A stretch of 64,000 bases of DNA, from contig CAMZHH010000001.1 in the NCBI GenBank assembly GCA_947306745.1, forward strand, positions 1,000-64,999, written 5' to 3'. The DNA comes from an uncultured Candidatus Saccharibacteria bacterium (GTDB lineage Bacteria > Patescibacteriota > Saccharimonadia > Saccharimonadales > Saccharimonadaceae). The notes below the pieces were generated by a model. The model searched no databases. It was not told where the DNA came from and was given only the letters and a program-made list of their open reading frames with translations. This document shows, piece by piece, positions 54,272-63,639 of this stretch (positions within the stretch are counted from its first letter, which is position 1; each line of letters starts with the position of its first letter). The position numbers and the translations under genes were made by a program.

Positions 54272-56076
54272 TGGCAAAACAACCACAACTTAGCGCCGCC
54301 GATATTGCCGCGCAAGCCCAACTTCAAGAAGAAGTTGAAATCCAGAAGGCGTTCGAAACTGGTATTACTACGCTTCGTGATCTTATTTCGCCATCTTCCA
54401 TCGAAATCCACTCCGACTATTTCCGTCTCGGTACAAAATATGGCCGCACTATTTATGTTTACGGTTACCCACGCTCACTTTATACCGGCTGGCTCAGCTC
54501 GATTATTAACATCGATGAAGTTCTCGATATTTCTATGTATATTTATCCAGTCGATACCACCGTCGTCATGAAGAACCTTCAAAAGAAGGTGACTCAGCTC
54601 GAGGCTAGCGCAAACATCAACAGTGAAAAAGGTAAGATTCGCGATCCAGAGCTCGAAGCCGCCATCTCCGATGCTGAGGAACTTCGTGATCAACTCCAGG
54701 TTGGTGCTGAGAAATTCTTCCGTTACGGTCTCTATGTAACCATCTATGCCGACTCGCTTGATGAGCTTCAGTTCGTTCAACACAAGATTGAGAATATTTT
54801 CGGTCAGCAAATGGTCTTCAGTAAAGTTGCTAGCTCGCAGCAAGAGCAGGGCATGAATACCACTATGCCGCAATGTACCGACCAATTACAGATTCGCCGT
54901 AACATGAACACGGGCGCTATTTCCACTAGCTTCCCGTTCACCTCAGCCGACCTTACTCAGGAAAAAGGCATCCTTTACGGCATTAATATGCACAACAACG
55001 GTCTTGTCATCTTCGACCGCTTCTCACTAGAAAACGCCAACATGGTCGTCTTCGCTAAGTCCGGTGCAGGTAAATCTTTCACCGTCAAGCTTGAAGCGCT
55101 TCGCTCTATGATGGTTGGTACCGAAATCTTGATTATCGACCCAGAAAACGAATATCAAAAACTCTGCGACGCTGTTGGTGGTGCATATATTCGCTTGAGC
55201 CTTAACTCTGACGTACGTATTAACCCATTCGACCTACCAAAGGTTGTCGACTCCGAAGATGCTAACGATGCACTTCGCGCTAATCTCGTTACACTCCACG
55301 GTCTTTTCCGTTTGATGCTTGGTGGCGCCGCTGGCGGTACTGCTCAGCTCACACCAAATGAGGAAGCCGATCTCGACCAAGCCTTAATCGATACTTATGC
55401 GCGTGCCGGTATTACTAACGATCCACTCACGCATACTTCCACACCGCCTACCATTATTAACTTGTTTGATACTCTACTTCATATGGGCGGCACCGGTCCA
55501 AGCCTCGCTCAGCGTCTCCGTAAATATACCACTGGTACTTTCGCTGGTATCTTCTCACAACAATCCAACATCGATATCAATAACCAGATGGTCGTCTTTA
55601 ACATTCGTGACCTCGAAGATGAACTCCGTCCAGTCGCTATGTATATCGTACTTAGCCACATTTGGAACATTACCCGTGCCAACCAAAAGAAACGCCTTCT
55701 CCTCGTAGATGAGGCCTGGCAGTTAATGAAATACGAAGACTCCGCAAACTTCCTCTTTAGCCTTGCGAAGCGTGCCCGTAAATATTATCTCGGTCTTACT
55801 ACAATTACACAGGACGTTGAGGACTTCATGTCGTCCAAGATGGGACGCGCCATCGTGGCTAACTCTTCCATGCAGCTACTTTTGAAGCAGTCCGCATCCG
55901 CCGTCGATGTCTTGTCTGACGTCTTTAAGCTCACTGATGAGGAACGCAAACGTCTATCAAACTTCCCAGTTGGTCAAGGTCTCTTCTTTGCCGGTCAAAA
56001 CCACGTCCATATTCAAATCGTGGCGTCCGAAACTGAGGAAAGCCTCATTACGACGAATCCGAACGCTCGCAAGTAA
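54271..56076 (+). CDS. virB4: VirB4-family T4SS ATPase
   Basis: 601 aa with Walker A KSGAGKSF and Walker B LLLVDEAW. The N-terminal ISPSSIEIHSDYFRLGTKYGRTIYVYGYPRSL pattern is typical of VirB4/TrbE/CagE proteins. Confidence 0.85.
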   Translation: MAKQPQLSAADIAAQAQLQEEVEIQKAFETGITTLRDLISPSSIEIHSDYFRLGTKYGRTIYVYGYPRSLYTGWLSSIINIDEVLDISMYIYPVDTTVVMKNLQKKVTQLEASANINSEKGKIRDPELEAAISDAEELRDQLQVGAEKFFRYGLYVTIYADSLDELQFVQHKIENIFGQQMVFSKVASSQQEQGMNTTMPQCTDQLQIRRNMNTGAISTSFPFTSADLTQEKGILYGINMHNNGLVIFDRFSLENANMVVFAKSGAGKSFTVKLEALRSMMVGTEILIIDPENEYQKLCDAVGGAYIRLSLNSDVRINPFDLPKVVDSEDANDALRANLVTLHGLFRLMLGGAAGGTAQLTPNEEADLDQALIDTYARAGITNDPLTHTSTPPTIINLFDTLLHMGGTGPSLAQRLRKYTTGTFAGIFSQQSNIDINNQMVVFNIRDLEDELRPVAMYIVLSHIWNITRANQKKRLLLVDEAWQLMKYEDSANFLFSLAKRARKYYLGLTTITQDVEDFMSSKMGRAIVANSSMQLLLKQSASAVDVLSDVFKLTDEERKRLSNFPVGQGLFFAGQNHVHIQIVASETEESLITTNPNARK

Positions 56077-56087
56077 TATCAAAGCAC

Positions 56088-56118
56088 TAAATCTCCCTAA
56101 AAATAGGGAGATTTTTTG
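56088..56118 (+). terminator. intrinsic terminator after virB4
   Basis: Hairpin atctccct-aaaaat-agggagat followed by T6. Confidence 0.8.
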
Positions 56119-56190
56119 TTGTAAATATTACAACATTATCCCTTAAAAAAGTTGCGTATTTCAGATAAATATTATAAAATATATACATCT

Positions 56191-59100
56191 ATGGTCTCCA
56201 CACCAAATGACGGTCGCTATCGCGGCAAACATGATCCATATAATAATATGGAAGAGGCGAGTATTCGTCCTAGCAACATCGCTCGCCAAGAGCTATCTGC
56301 CGCAGAAAAAGCCGCTACGAAAAATCCTAGCGACTCCGCCTCGTCAGGCCAAAAATCTTTTACTTCAAATCGTATTACGCGCTCACTTCAACAATCCGAA
56401 AATAACCAAAAATCCCAACTCCAGAATCAATTCCGCAACTCCGTAAGAGGGAAGAATGAGCCGAAAACTACCGGACGCACACGTTTCTTAAAGAAAGTTG
56501 CCCCACTTACCATTATTGTTGGTGTTTTGTTTGGTGGTGGTGCGTTTTTCTATGGTGCTCAATCCTTGCTTGCACCACATCTCTCCGCTTTATACACTAA
56601 TGCTACCGACTTACAGTTTACTTCCTACTCTATGCGCAACTCGCGATTAATTTCCTATATGATTAATGGCGGCGGACAAGTAAAAATTAGTGGTTTCACT
56701 ACTAAATATGCCGCTTTTTCGCCATATCTAAAAAGCCGCTTAGCCAAAAATGGTATCGAAGTTGGACATCTCGACTCGTCTGGCGCTTTTCAGTCCGGCC
56801 AAATCGGCGGCAAAACCGTTTTAAAATTCGAAGATAAAATTATCGACGCGGGTTCATTCCAAACCGAATTCGCAAATAATGCTAATTTTCGCGACGCCTA
56901 TTACCAAGCAAAGCGTGGTAGAATTGCTGGTTTCTTTGATGATTCAGCCGATTATTACTACAAGAAGAAAGGCGCTACGCGTGATATCTTTGACCAATAT
57001 AAGTCCACTGGCGATAACGATGCTGATACCGAAAAATTCGAAAGTACAGTTTCTGAACGTGTCACTGGCTCCGACGCATCCGTAAATACCGTTCGTCATG
57101 AGACTGACGAAGAAACCGGCGAAGACCATATTCGCGAAAATGGTGAAGATATCGACACCACCAGAGTTTCCGGCGACACGCCAGAGTCAAAAGCGCGCGC
57201 CATGGTAAATAATATTGCCGGTAAAGTTTCGTCAATTGGTGTACCAGTTTGTTCTGCTTTGCGTATCGCAAATATTGCCGCCGTCACAGTTTCGGCGTAT
57301 CAAATATATCAATCCATCGCGTACTTCTTAAGCCTCATGGAACCGATTAGTAAAATGATGGCCGGCGAAGGTGAAGCTTCGGCGATTAATGAAAACTTAA
57401 ACTTCCTTACAACTTCAACTTATTCAGATGTTAATTATGTAGATAGCCAAGGCAATCAACAGACTAAACAAGTTTACGGTTCACCAGTTGAATCGGCTGG
57501 CGCTAAACTTGTTATGGGTAACACTTTATCGAAAAAAGAAGATTACGAACCATATTCCTTCGATAATATTACTCGCGCCGCAACAACTATTGCAGTTTCT
57601 ACTGGCGTCACTAATACTGCCTGCGCTGGCGTTATGGCTGCTTCTGCAATTATGTCACTCTCCGCAACCGCAATTCCTGGCGGTAAACTCGCTACTTTCA
57701 TCGTTGGCGCCATTGCGCAAACTGTCGGTGGTATCGTTTTGACAGGCATTGTCGCTGCAATTGTCAGTGCGATTATTCCATATGTCGCTAAAATCTTCGC
57801 TAGCAACATTTTTGAAACCTACACTGGTATCCCAGCTGGCGAGCTATTCTCACAAGGTGCCGCCACCGCTAACTTTAATCTCGCTACACAGGGCAGTGCT
57901 TATATGCCATCTGATAAATCTGCTGTAAAAACCCAAAATCGCAACACTACTCTCGCGCTCGCCCAGGAAGCTGAGCTTGATCGTCTCCATCGTAGCCCAT
58001 TTGACGCAACGAGTCCAAACACCTTCCTCGGCTCACTACTATCCAACTTCACTTATTTATCCTCCAGTAATAATGCAATGAGCAATATTGCAAACTTCAC
58101 AAACGTAGTTGGTAAATCTATCCGTAAAATTAATACTGTTTCTGCCGCTGACGAAGAATTAACTTACATTTCCAATAACCAAGATTGTACTTTCTTACCA
58201 GGCGCCGTCTGCGATATGTATGGCTTGCCAATTCCGACTTCTGATTATTCTACCATCGACGTTTCACCAGATGATCCCAACTATATTGCAGCCATCTCTC
58301 CAAATCTCGATTCAGACGGCAAAATTAAGGAAGGCTCCGAATTAGCGAAATTTATTAACTTCTGCGGCAATCGTCAATCTCCATGGGGCGTCAAAGATGC
58401 AAATATCCTCAATGCGCTTCAAACTGATTTCGGCATTGTCGGAAACAACCTTCCAGTTGTGAATGACATTGTAGACGTTATCAATGCCGCCGAAGATGTT
58501 GCGAATGAAGGTTGGGCTACCGGTTCAGTTTGTATGAATTCCGCAGATAATCCACGTTGGGATAGTGAATTCAAATATTATCAACGCTACATTGAAGATA
58601 TGCGCATCTTATCCAGTATGGATGGTAGTAATAATACTTCCGCAAGCGCATCAGGTGGCCTTAATGATGATTTAGCTCAAAAAATTGTCGAACATTTTAA
58701 AGATTCATCCAACGACGATAAATGGACCCCATCTCTAACTAAATGGAACTGTGTTAGCCTGAGTACTTATTTCGTGCAATTATTTACAAACATTGACGGT
58801 AAATCCGCCCTAAACGGCGGCGGTAAAAAGGGATGTATCTCTTGTAGTAATGGTGTTACAGTAGCCGATGGTCTAGCCGCCTATGGCGTACCAGTCGGCA
58901 CCGAGCCTCGTCCATATTCAATTTTTAGTGTCTCCGGCCCAAGTGCCTATGCATCAGGCGAAGCAGGGCACACGGGTGTAGTATTAGCTGTTAATGGTAC
59001 TGATTTAACCATTATCGAAGCTGGTTGGGGCGCCGATGGCTATGCTGCCGTTCGCCACTACGACCTAAATCAAATGCAAGATCGCAAATTCGCTTATCTT

Positions 59101-59487
59101 GAAGATTATATGGACTGGGATGCATTATCAAAAGCTACCGGAACCAAAGTAACGAATAATATTTCATCTACCGAACCAACCACTCCAAGTAATCCAGTTC
59201 TAGCATACCTCCAAGAGTATGATGCCACTCATCCAGAAGATAATTCTTTTGAGGGGATCCTTGCACGCATTTCTGGTCAAACAAAAGACGATATCGCTAT
59301 GATGCTCGAATTCGTGGATTATAGTACAAAGATTGCTAATTATGATCCATCTACACGCTATGTTTTCGGCCAAAACGAAACGTCAGAAACGCAAATATCC
59401 TTCGAGGAAGAAAACTTACCAAATATTACTGCCGTAATTCGTAATTCCAATCGTATTTTTATCGATAAGAGGAACTACGTTTTATGA
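56191..59487 (+). CDS. large polytopic membrane protein with C-terminal CHAP peptidoglycan hydrolase domain (VirB1/PrgK/TcpG analog)
   Basis: ~1098 aa from ATG 56191, which lies 10 nt after TATAAAAT. The ORF track start 56152 overlaps the -35 region. It has TM helices at aa ~115-140 and a cluster at ~360-560. The CHAP motifs are KWNCVSLSTYFV (Cys) and GHTGVVLAV (His). Confidence 0.7.
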   Translation: MVSTPNDGRYRGKHDPYNNMEEASIRPSNIARQELSAAEKAATKNPSDSASSGQKSFTSNRITRSLQQSENNQKSQLQNQFRNSVRGKNEPKTTGRTRFLKKVAPLTIIVGVLFGGGAFFYGAQSLLAPHLSALYTNATDLQFTSYSMRNSRLISYMINGGGQVKISGFTTKYAAFSPYLKSRLAKNGIEVGHLDSSGAFQSGQIGGKTVLKFEDKIIDAGSFQTEFANNANFRDAYYQAKRGRIAGFFDDSADYYYKKKGATRDIFDQYKSTGDNDADTEKFESTVSERVTGSDASVNTVRHETDEETGEDHIRENGEDIDTTRVSGDTPESKARAMVNNIAGKVSSIGVPVCSALRIANIAAVTVSAYQIYQSIAYFLSLMEPISKMMAGEGEASAINENLNFLTTSTYSDVNYVDSQGNQQTKQVYGSPVESAGAKLVMGNTLSKKEDYEPYSFDNITRAATTIAVSTGVTNTACAGVMAASAIMSLSATAIPGGKLATFIVGAIAQTVGGIVLTGIVAAIVSAIIPYVAKIFASNIFETYTGIPAGELFSQGAATANFNLATQGSAYMPSDKSAVKTQNRNTTLALAQEAELDRLHRSPFDATSPNTFLGSLLSNFTYLSSSNNAMSNIANFTNVVGKSIRKINTVSAADEELTYISNNQDCTFLPGAVCDMYGLPIPTSDYSTIDVSPDDPNYIAAISPNLDSDGKIKEGSELAKFINFCGNRQSPWGVKDANILNALQTDFGIVGNNLPVVNDIVDVINAAEDVANEGWATGSVCMNSADNPRWDSEFKYYQRYIEDMRILSSMDGSNNTSASASGGLNDDLAQKIVEHFKDSSNDDKWTPSLTKWNCVSLSTYFVQLFTNIDGKSALNGGGKKGCISCSNGVTVADGLAAYGVPVGTEPRPYSIFSVSGPSAYASGEAGHTGVVLAVNGTDLTIIEAGWGADGYAAVRHYDLNQMQDRKFAYLEDYMDWDALSKATGTKVTNNISSTEPTTPSNPVLAYLQEYDATHPEDNSFEGILARISGQTKDDIAMMLEFVDYSTKIANYDPSTRYVFGQNETSETQISFEEENLPNITAVIRNSNRIFIDKRNYVL

Positions 59488-61688
59488 AAAAACATCTCTC
59501 TATTCGTATAGTTCAAATCATTAAATCAAGCTTCTTAATTTTGATTGCTTTGACTTTAGTAAAACCGGCTTTTGCTGTAATTCCAGATGAAAATATTCTC
59601 GATTTTTATAATCGCAACGGCATTTATTATTACAACCCAGTCGGCAATGAAGATGAATGCAACACAAGTTCAACCACTCTAGTCGGTAATGATTTAACTG
59701 AAAAAATGTGGAACTTTTTCATCCAGAACGGCTTCAATGATGCACAGACCGCAGGCATTCTTGGAAATGGCATGGCTGAATCCGGAAATCAACCGACGCG
59801 TGCTAGTAATAGTTCTTATTTTGGTCTATTTCAATGGGGTGGCGGTCGCAAAGATGCGCTTTTCGCAAAATTCCAAAAAGCCGGTTTGCTAAAATATACG
59901 TCCACCGAATATTGGGGTGTTGATGCTTATAAAAATATTCCAGAAGCTGACCTAGATAAACTCTTGCAAATCGAGCTCGAGCATACCATAGAAGAGAAGG
60001 ATCTTGACTGGCAAAATGAGATTAAAAAGACTAATAAACCAGAAGTTGCAGCTGAAATTTTCTTAGTACTATTCGAGCGCGCCGTTGGTGGTAATTCCGA
60101 AGTATTATATTACGCGCCATATGCTGGCCAGCTTTACCAGGGCACTAAAGCACGTCGCGATTTCGCCACGGAATTTTACGAAAAATATGCCGGTAAAGGC
60201 GTAAGCTCTACCGGTAGCTCGGGCAGCGTCGCACAAAATGGCGAGAAACTCACGATTATTGGCGATTCAATTACCGTAGGATCACAAGACGCACTTCAAA
60301 AGAAATTCCCAAAACTTTCTAATTCTAATATCAACGCTCGTATTAGCCGCCCATGGAGTGAAGGTATCCAAATTGCTAAAACTATGCCACTTCAAAGCAC
60401 AGTAGTATTTGCTTTAGGTACTAATTCACCAGGCTTAACTAAAGCTCAAATCCAAGAGGCTATTACCACTATTGGTACCGACAAAAAAATCGTCTTCGTT
60501 ACGAATTATGATGGTACATCCGCCTTCGATTCAAATAACCGCCTATTCCAAGAACTCGCAAAAGAAAATTCCAACATTATTATTGCAGACTGGGCTACTA
60601 CGGTCAGTAAAGAACCTAATACCTACCTTTATAGCGACCACGTACATCCAAATGCCGCCGGCGCCGAATTATTCGCTGAAACAATTTGGTCTGCCATCAA
60701 TAGTAATACGAATGATAACGGCTGTAGCGTAAATGGCGAATTTCAAGCACTCGTTTTAGGCTATGCATGGCCAGAATATCATCCAGCACCATGGCACGAT
60801 CGTATGCCAGCTTACGCCGAAGCCGTAACGCAATCTATTAGCGAAGGCCGCTACGTAGGTGGTTCCGTTGCTGGTGTTCCAGGTATTGACTGTGGCGGTT
60901 TCGTAACTATTCTTGTACAAAATTCCGGTCTAGAACCGAACTATAATGACGGAGGCGGCGGCACTGATACGCAGGAAGCCTGGGTAAAGGCGCATAACTG
61001 GACGTTAATTAATGCTAATGCCGGCACTCGCGTCGACACGAGTCTATTACAACCGGGCGATGTTGCGTTTTCTAGCGGTCACACTTTTATTTATGTTGGC
61101 GAGATTGAAGGCTTCGGCTCCGTAATCGCATCAGCCTCATATTCCACCCATGGTGCCGGACGCGCCCCAATGGCTGGTAAAGAAGATTTACAATTCGGCA
61201 ATGGCGCCATTGTACGCTGGTATCGTAATCCAGACTTCCATCCAGCCGAAACCACTAATGCGCAGGCAATGGTAGCCGGCGGTAATGTTTCAAATACTGC
61301 TCCGAGTGGCTCAAATCTTATTAGCGACCATCACATCACATTCTATAGCGCCGCCGCAGAAGAAAATGGCGGTTACGCCGGCCGCAATGCAAGCGAAAAA
61401 TATAATAACGGTTACCTCGCTCCAGGCCAGGCTGCTAGCGACTCGTTGCCACTTGGTACAGTCGTATATGTCCAAACACAAGCTAGCGGGGAAGCATCTT
61501 ACGCTCATGGTAAGTATTTCCTAATTACCGATCGTGGCGCAGGTTCTGGAAATCTTGATATTTATCACGATGTCGCAAAGCCATCTGATAATAATTATCC
61601 ACCGTACGGCTCAAGTAATTCCGCCAAAATCTATAAAGTTGCAGAAAACGTTTCATGGCAAACATTTAAAGCTAAATACGGGTGGTAA
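59484..61688 (+). CDS. secreted four-module cell-wall hydrolase (tail-lysozyme-like + SGNH/GDSL + NlpC/P60-like + 3D/RlpA-like)
   Basis: 734 aa with a signal peptide. The modules are marked by TAGILGNGMAESGN...GLFQWGGGRKDAL, GDSITVG...DHVHPN, DCGGFV...GHTFIYVG, and the C-terminal LPLGTVVYV...FLITDRGAG..LDIY. The ATG overlaps the upstream TGA (ATGA). Confidence 0.7.
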   Translation: MKKHLSIRIVQIIKSSFLILIALTLVKPAFAVIPDENILDFYNRNGIYYYNPVGNEDECNTSSTTLVGNDLTEKMWNFFIQNGFNDAQTAGILGNGMAESGNQPTRASNSSYFGLFQWGGGRKDALFAKFQKAGLLKYTSTEYWGVDAYKNIPEADLDKLLQIELEHTIEEKDLDWQNEIKKTNKPEVAAEIFLVLFERAVGGNSEVLYYAPYAGQLYQGTKARRDFATEFYEKYAGKGVSSTGSSGSVAQNGEKLTIIGDSITVGSQDALQKKFPKLSNSNINARISRPWSEGIQIAKTMPLQSTVVFALGTNSPGLTKAQIQEAITTIGTDKKIVFVTNYDGTSAFDSNNRLFQELAKENSNIIIADWATTVSKEPNTYLYSDHVHPNAAGAELFAETIWSAINSNTNDNGCSVNGEFQALVLGYAWPEYHPAPWHDRMPAYAEAVTQSISEGRYVGGSVAGVPGIDCGGFVTILVQNSGLEPNYNDGGGGTDTQEAWVKAHNWTLINANAGTRVDTSLLQPGDVAFSSGHTFIYVGEIEGFGSVIASASYSTHGAGRAPMAGKEDLQFGNGAIVRWYRNPDFHPAETTNAQAMVAGGNVSNTAPSGSNLISDHHITFYSAAAEENGGYAGRNASEKYNNGYLAPGQAASDSLPLGTVVYVQTQASGEASYAHGKYFLITDRGAGSGNLDIYHDVAKPSDNNYPPYGSSNSAKIYKVAENVSWQTFKAKYGW

Positions 61689-61690
61689 AA

Positions 61691-62623
61691 ATGGATAAGA
61701 TTCAGAAAAAAGCAAAAATCTTTTGGAATAACCTTGATCAGAAAAAACGCATTATCCTTATTGCGGCTGTTGCGCTTTTTATCTTTATAATTATTTATTC
61801 TGTCGCAACTTTAATATTTCGTTCCGGCAAAATTGAAACCACTGTCAAATTTGCACCATATAAATCAACAATTACTTTAAATGATGCAAAAATATCTAAC
61901 AATACTACTATTTGGCTCGAACCTGGCACATATAATCTCAAAGTAGAATTTGAACATTTTGAATCATTAGAACGCCAAATAACCATAGATAAGGATCATC
62001 ATTATATTGTTGGAATTCTAAACTCGAGCGACGAGCAGGGCGTTGAGTATTATAATAAACATAAAGAAGAATTTGCAGAGACTGAAGGTATTGTTGGCCG
62101 TTTTCTAAACGAAGAAGGTCTTGCAATAAAGAAAAAATATCCAATTTTAAATTATCTTCCAATTAATAATTCGCTTTATTCTATAGGCTACGATTATACC
62201 GACGAAATGGTGCCGATTATTTCTGTTAAAACTCAACCAAAATACCTCGATGCGGCTGTCGCAAAATTAAAAACACTCAAAAATGTCGACCTCACCGCAT
62301 ATCAAATTAACTTTACACCAGCTAATCCATTCGCCATTTATAACGACATTACCGCCGACGAGCCTTTAAATGTAATTAAAAAAGCATTTAAAGATATCGA
62401 CAGTTACTATATCCTGGAAGGCCAATATATCGGCGGTGAATACTTTACTACACAAATCTACACGTACGATTACGATTCAGATTTATCTTTTGCACACTAT
62501 CGCGCACTATTACACAAAGATGGGGATAAATGGAAACTGGTTTCCGCTCCGCAACCATTATTAACGACTGAAAATACCCCAAATACCGAAAAATCTATCC
62601 TCGATTCTGCAAATTCATTTTAA
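61691..62623 (+). CDS. bitopic membrane protein, candidate VirB8/TcpC-type T4SS component (topology only)
   Basis: ~310 aa with one N-terminal TM segment (IILIAAVALFIFIIIYSVATLIF) followed by a beta-rich extracytoplasmic region. It is the last gene of the operon. GTG 61682 is an alternative start. Confidence 0.5.
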   Translation: MDKIQKKAKIFWNNLDQKKRIILIAAVALFIFIIIYSVATLIFRSGKIETTVKFAPYKSTITLNDAKISNNTTIWLEPGTYNLKVEFEHFESLERQITIDKDHHYIVGILNSSDEQGVEYYNKHKEEFAETEGIVGRFLNEEGLAIKKKYPILNYLPINNSLYSIGYDYTDEMVPIISVKTQPKYLDAAVAKLKTLKNVDLTAYQINFTPANPFAIYNDITADEPLNVIKKAFKDIDSYYILEGQYIGGEYFTTQIYTYDYDSDLSFAHYRALLHKDGDKWKLVSAPQPLLTTENTPNTEKSILDSANSF

Positions 62624-63639
62624 AGCTCAGCGTTTACGCGCATATCGCTAGGTACCGTCGTACTCGTAATAATCATTTGGTAATCTTTAAAATTCGCAAT
62701 CAAGTGTTTTTGACGCATTTCATCCAATTCCGAAAAAATATCATCTAATAACACTACGGGCGCCTTCCCAACTTCCTGCTCTAAAATTCGCGCTTCAATA
62801 AACTTTAGGGCTAATATCATACTACGATTTTCGCCGCGCGACGCGGAGCCGTCAGCTTTTTCGCCATTAAATCTAAACTCATAATCATCGCGGTGTACAC
62901 CAAAACTTGTATATCCTAAAATCCGATCTCGCTCATAATTCTGCTCTAAGTGCTGTAAATATTGACTCTCATCACACTCTAAACCGATATATTTAATACC
63001 GCATTCATCATTATTATTTGCAATATTTCGATAAACTTCAGTCATTTTTTCATTTATTTTCGCTAAGTTTTGCACACGCCAGTGGATAACTTTTGCGCCA
63101 TAATTTGCGCACATAATATTCCACGAAAATAAATCATCACGCGACACATTTTCTTGCTTTAAAAGATCATTTCTTTGTTTTAAAGCCTTATTATATTTAC
63201 CTAACGCTAAGCTATAATTCTCATTAATTTGCTTAAATAACTCATCAAAATAATCACGTCGTCGCGACGGGGAAGAACCTACCAAATAAATATCATCAGG
63301 TTCAAATAACACTACCGGATAACGATTTTTCTTTGGTAAACGTAGGCTTTTCTTACCATCAATTTCGAAACTTTTTTTCACTCCATCAAAACGAATAATG
63401 ATTTTTTGCGCATCAATTAAGTCAATTTCTGCCCGATAAAAATCCTGTTCTCGCTTCATGATCTCACGATCTATACCTTTAAAACTTTTTCCACGTAGCG
63501 CAAGATAAATCGCTTCAAGAACCGATGTTTTTCCGCTTCCATTTTCGCCAATAATTAAGGTTGTTGGTCGATTACAATCCAACTCGAACTCATCATGGCA
63601 GCGAAAATTCTTCAAACTAATTTTCTGAACAACATTCAT
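62620..63639 (-). CDS. recF: DNA replication and repair protein RecF
   Basis: 339 aa with Walker A GENGSGKTSVLEAI and the C-terminal LLDDIFSELD signature. Its stop overlaps the convergent gene by 4 nt. Confidence 0.9.
   Translation of the reverse strand: MNVVQKISLKNFRCHDEFELDCNRPTTLIIGENGSGKTSVLEAIYLALRGKSFKGIDREIMKREQDFYRAEIDLIDAQKIIIRFDGVKKSFEIDGKKSLRLPKKNRYPVVLFEPDDIYLVGSSPSRRRDYFDELFKQINENYSLALGKYNKALKQRNDLLKQENVSRDDLFSWNIMCANYGAKVIHWRVQNLAKINEKMTEVYRNIANNNDECGIKYIGLECDESQYLQHLEQNYERDRILGYTSFGVHRDDYEFRFNGEKADGSASRGENRSMILALKFIEARILEQEVGKAPVVLLDDIFSELDEMRQKHLIANFKDYQMIITSTTVPSDMRVNAEL

Noticed and set aside
44332-62623. T4SS-like locus as a tRNA-Ser(GCU)-integrated ICE or genomic island.
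   Set aside because: The tRNA 3' end points away from the locus. I saw no direct repeat of the tRNA 3' end near 62.6 kb. There is no integrase, relaxase or coupling protein in view, and promoter style and codon look match the rest of the window. This is not excluded, only unsupported.
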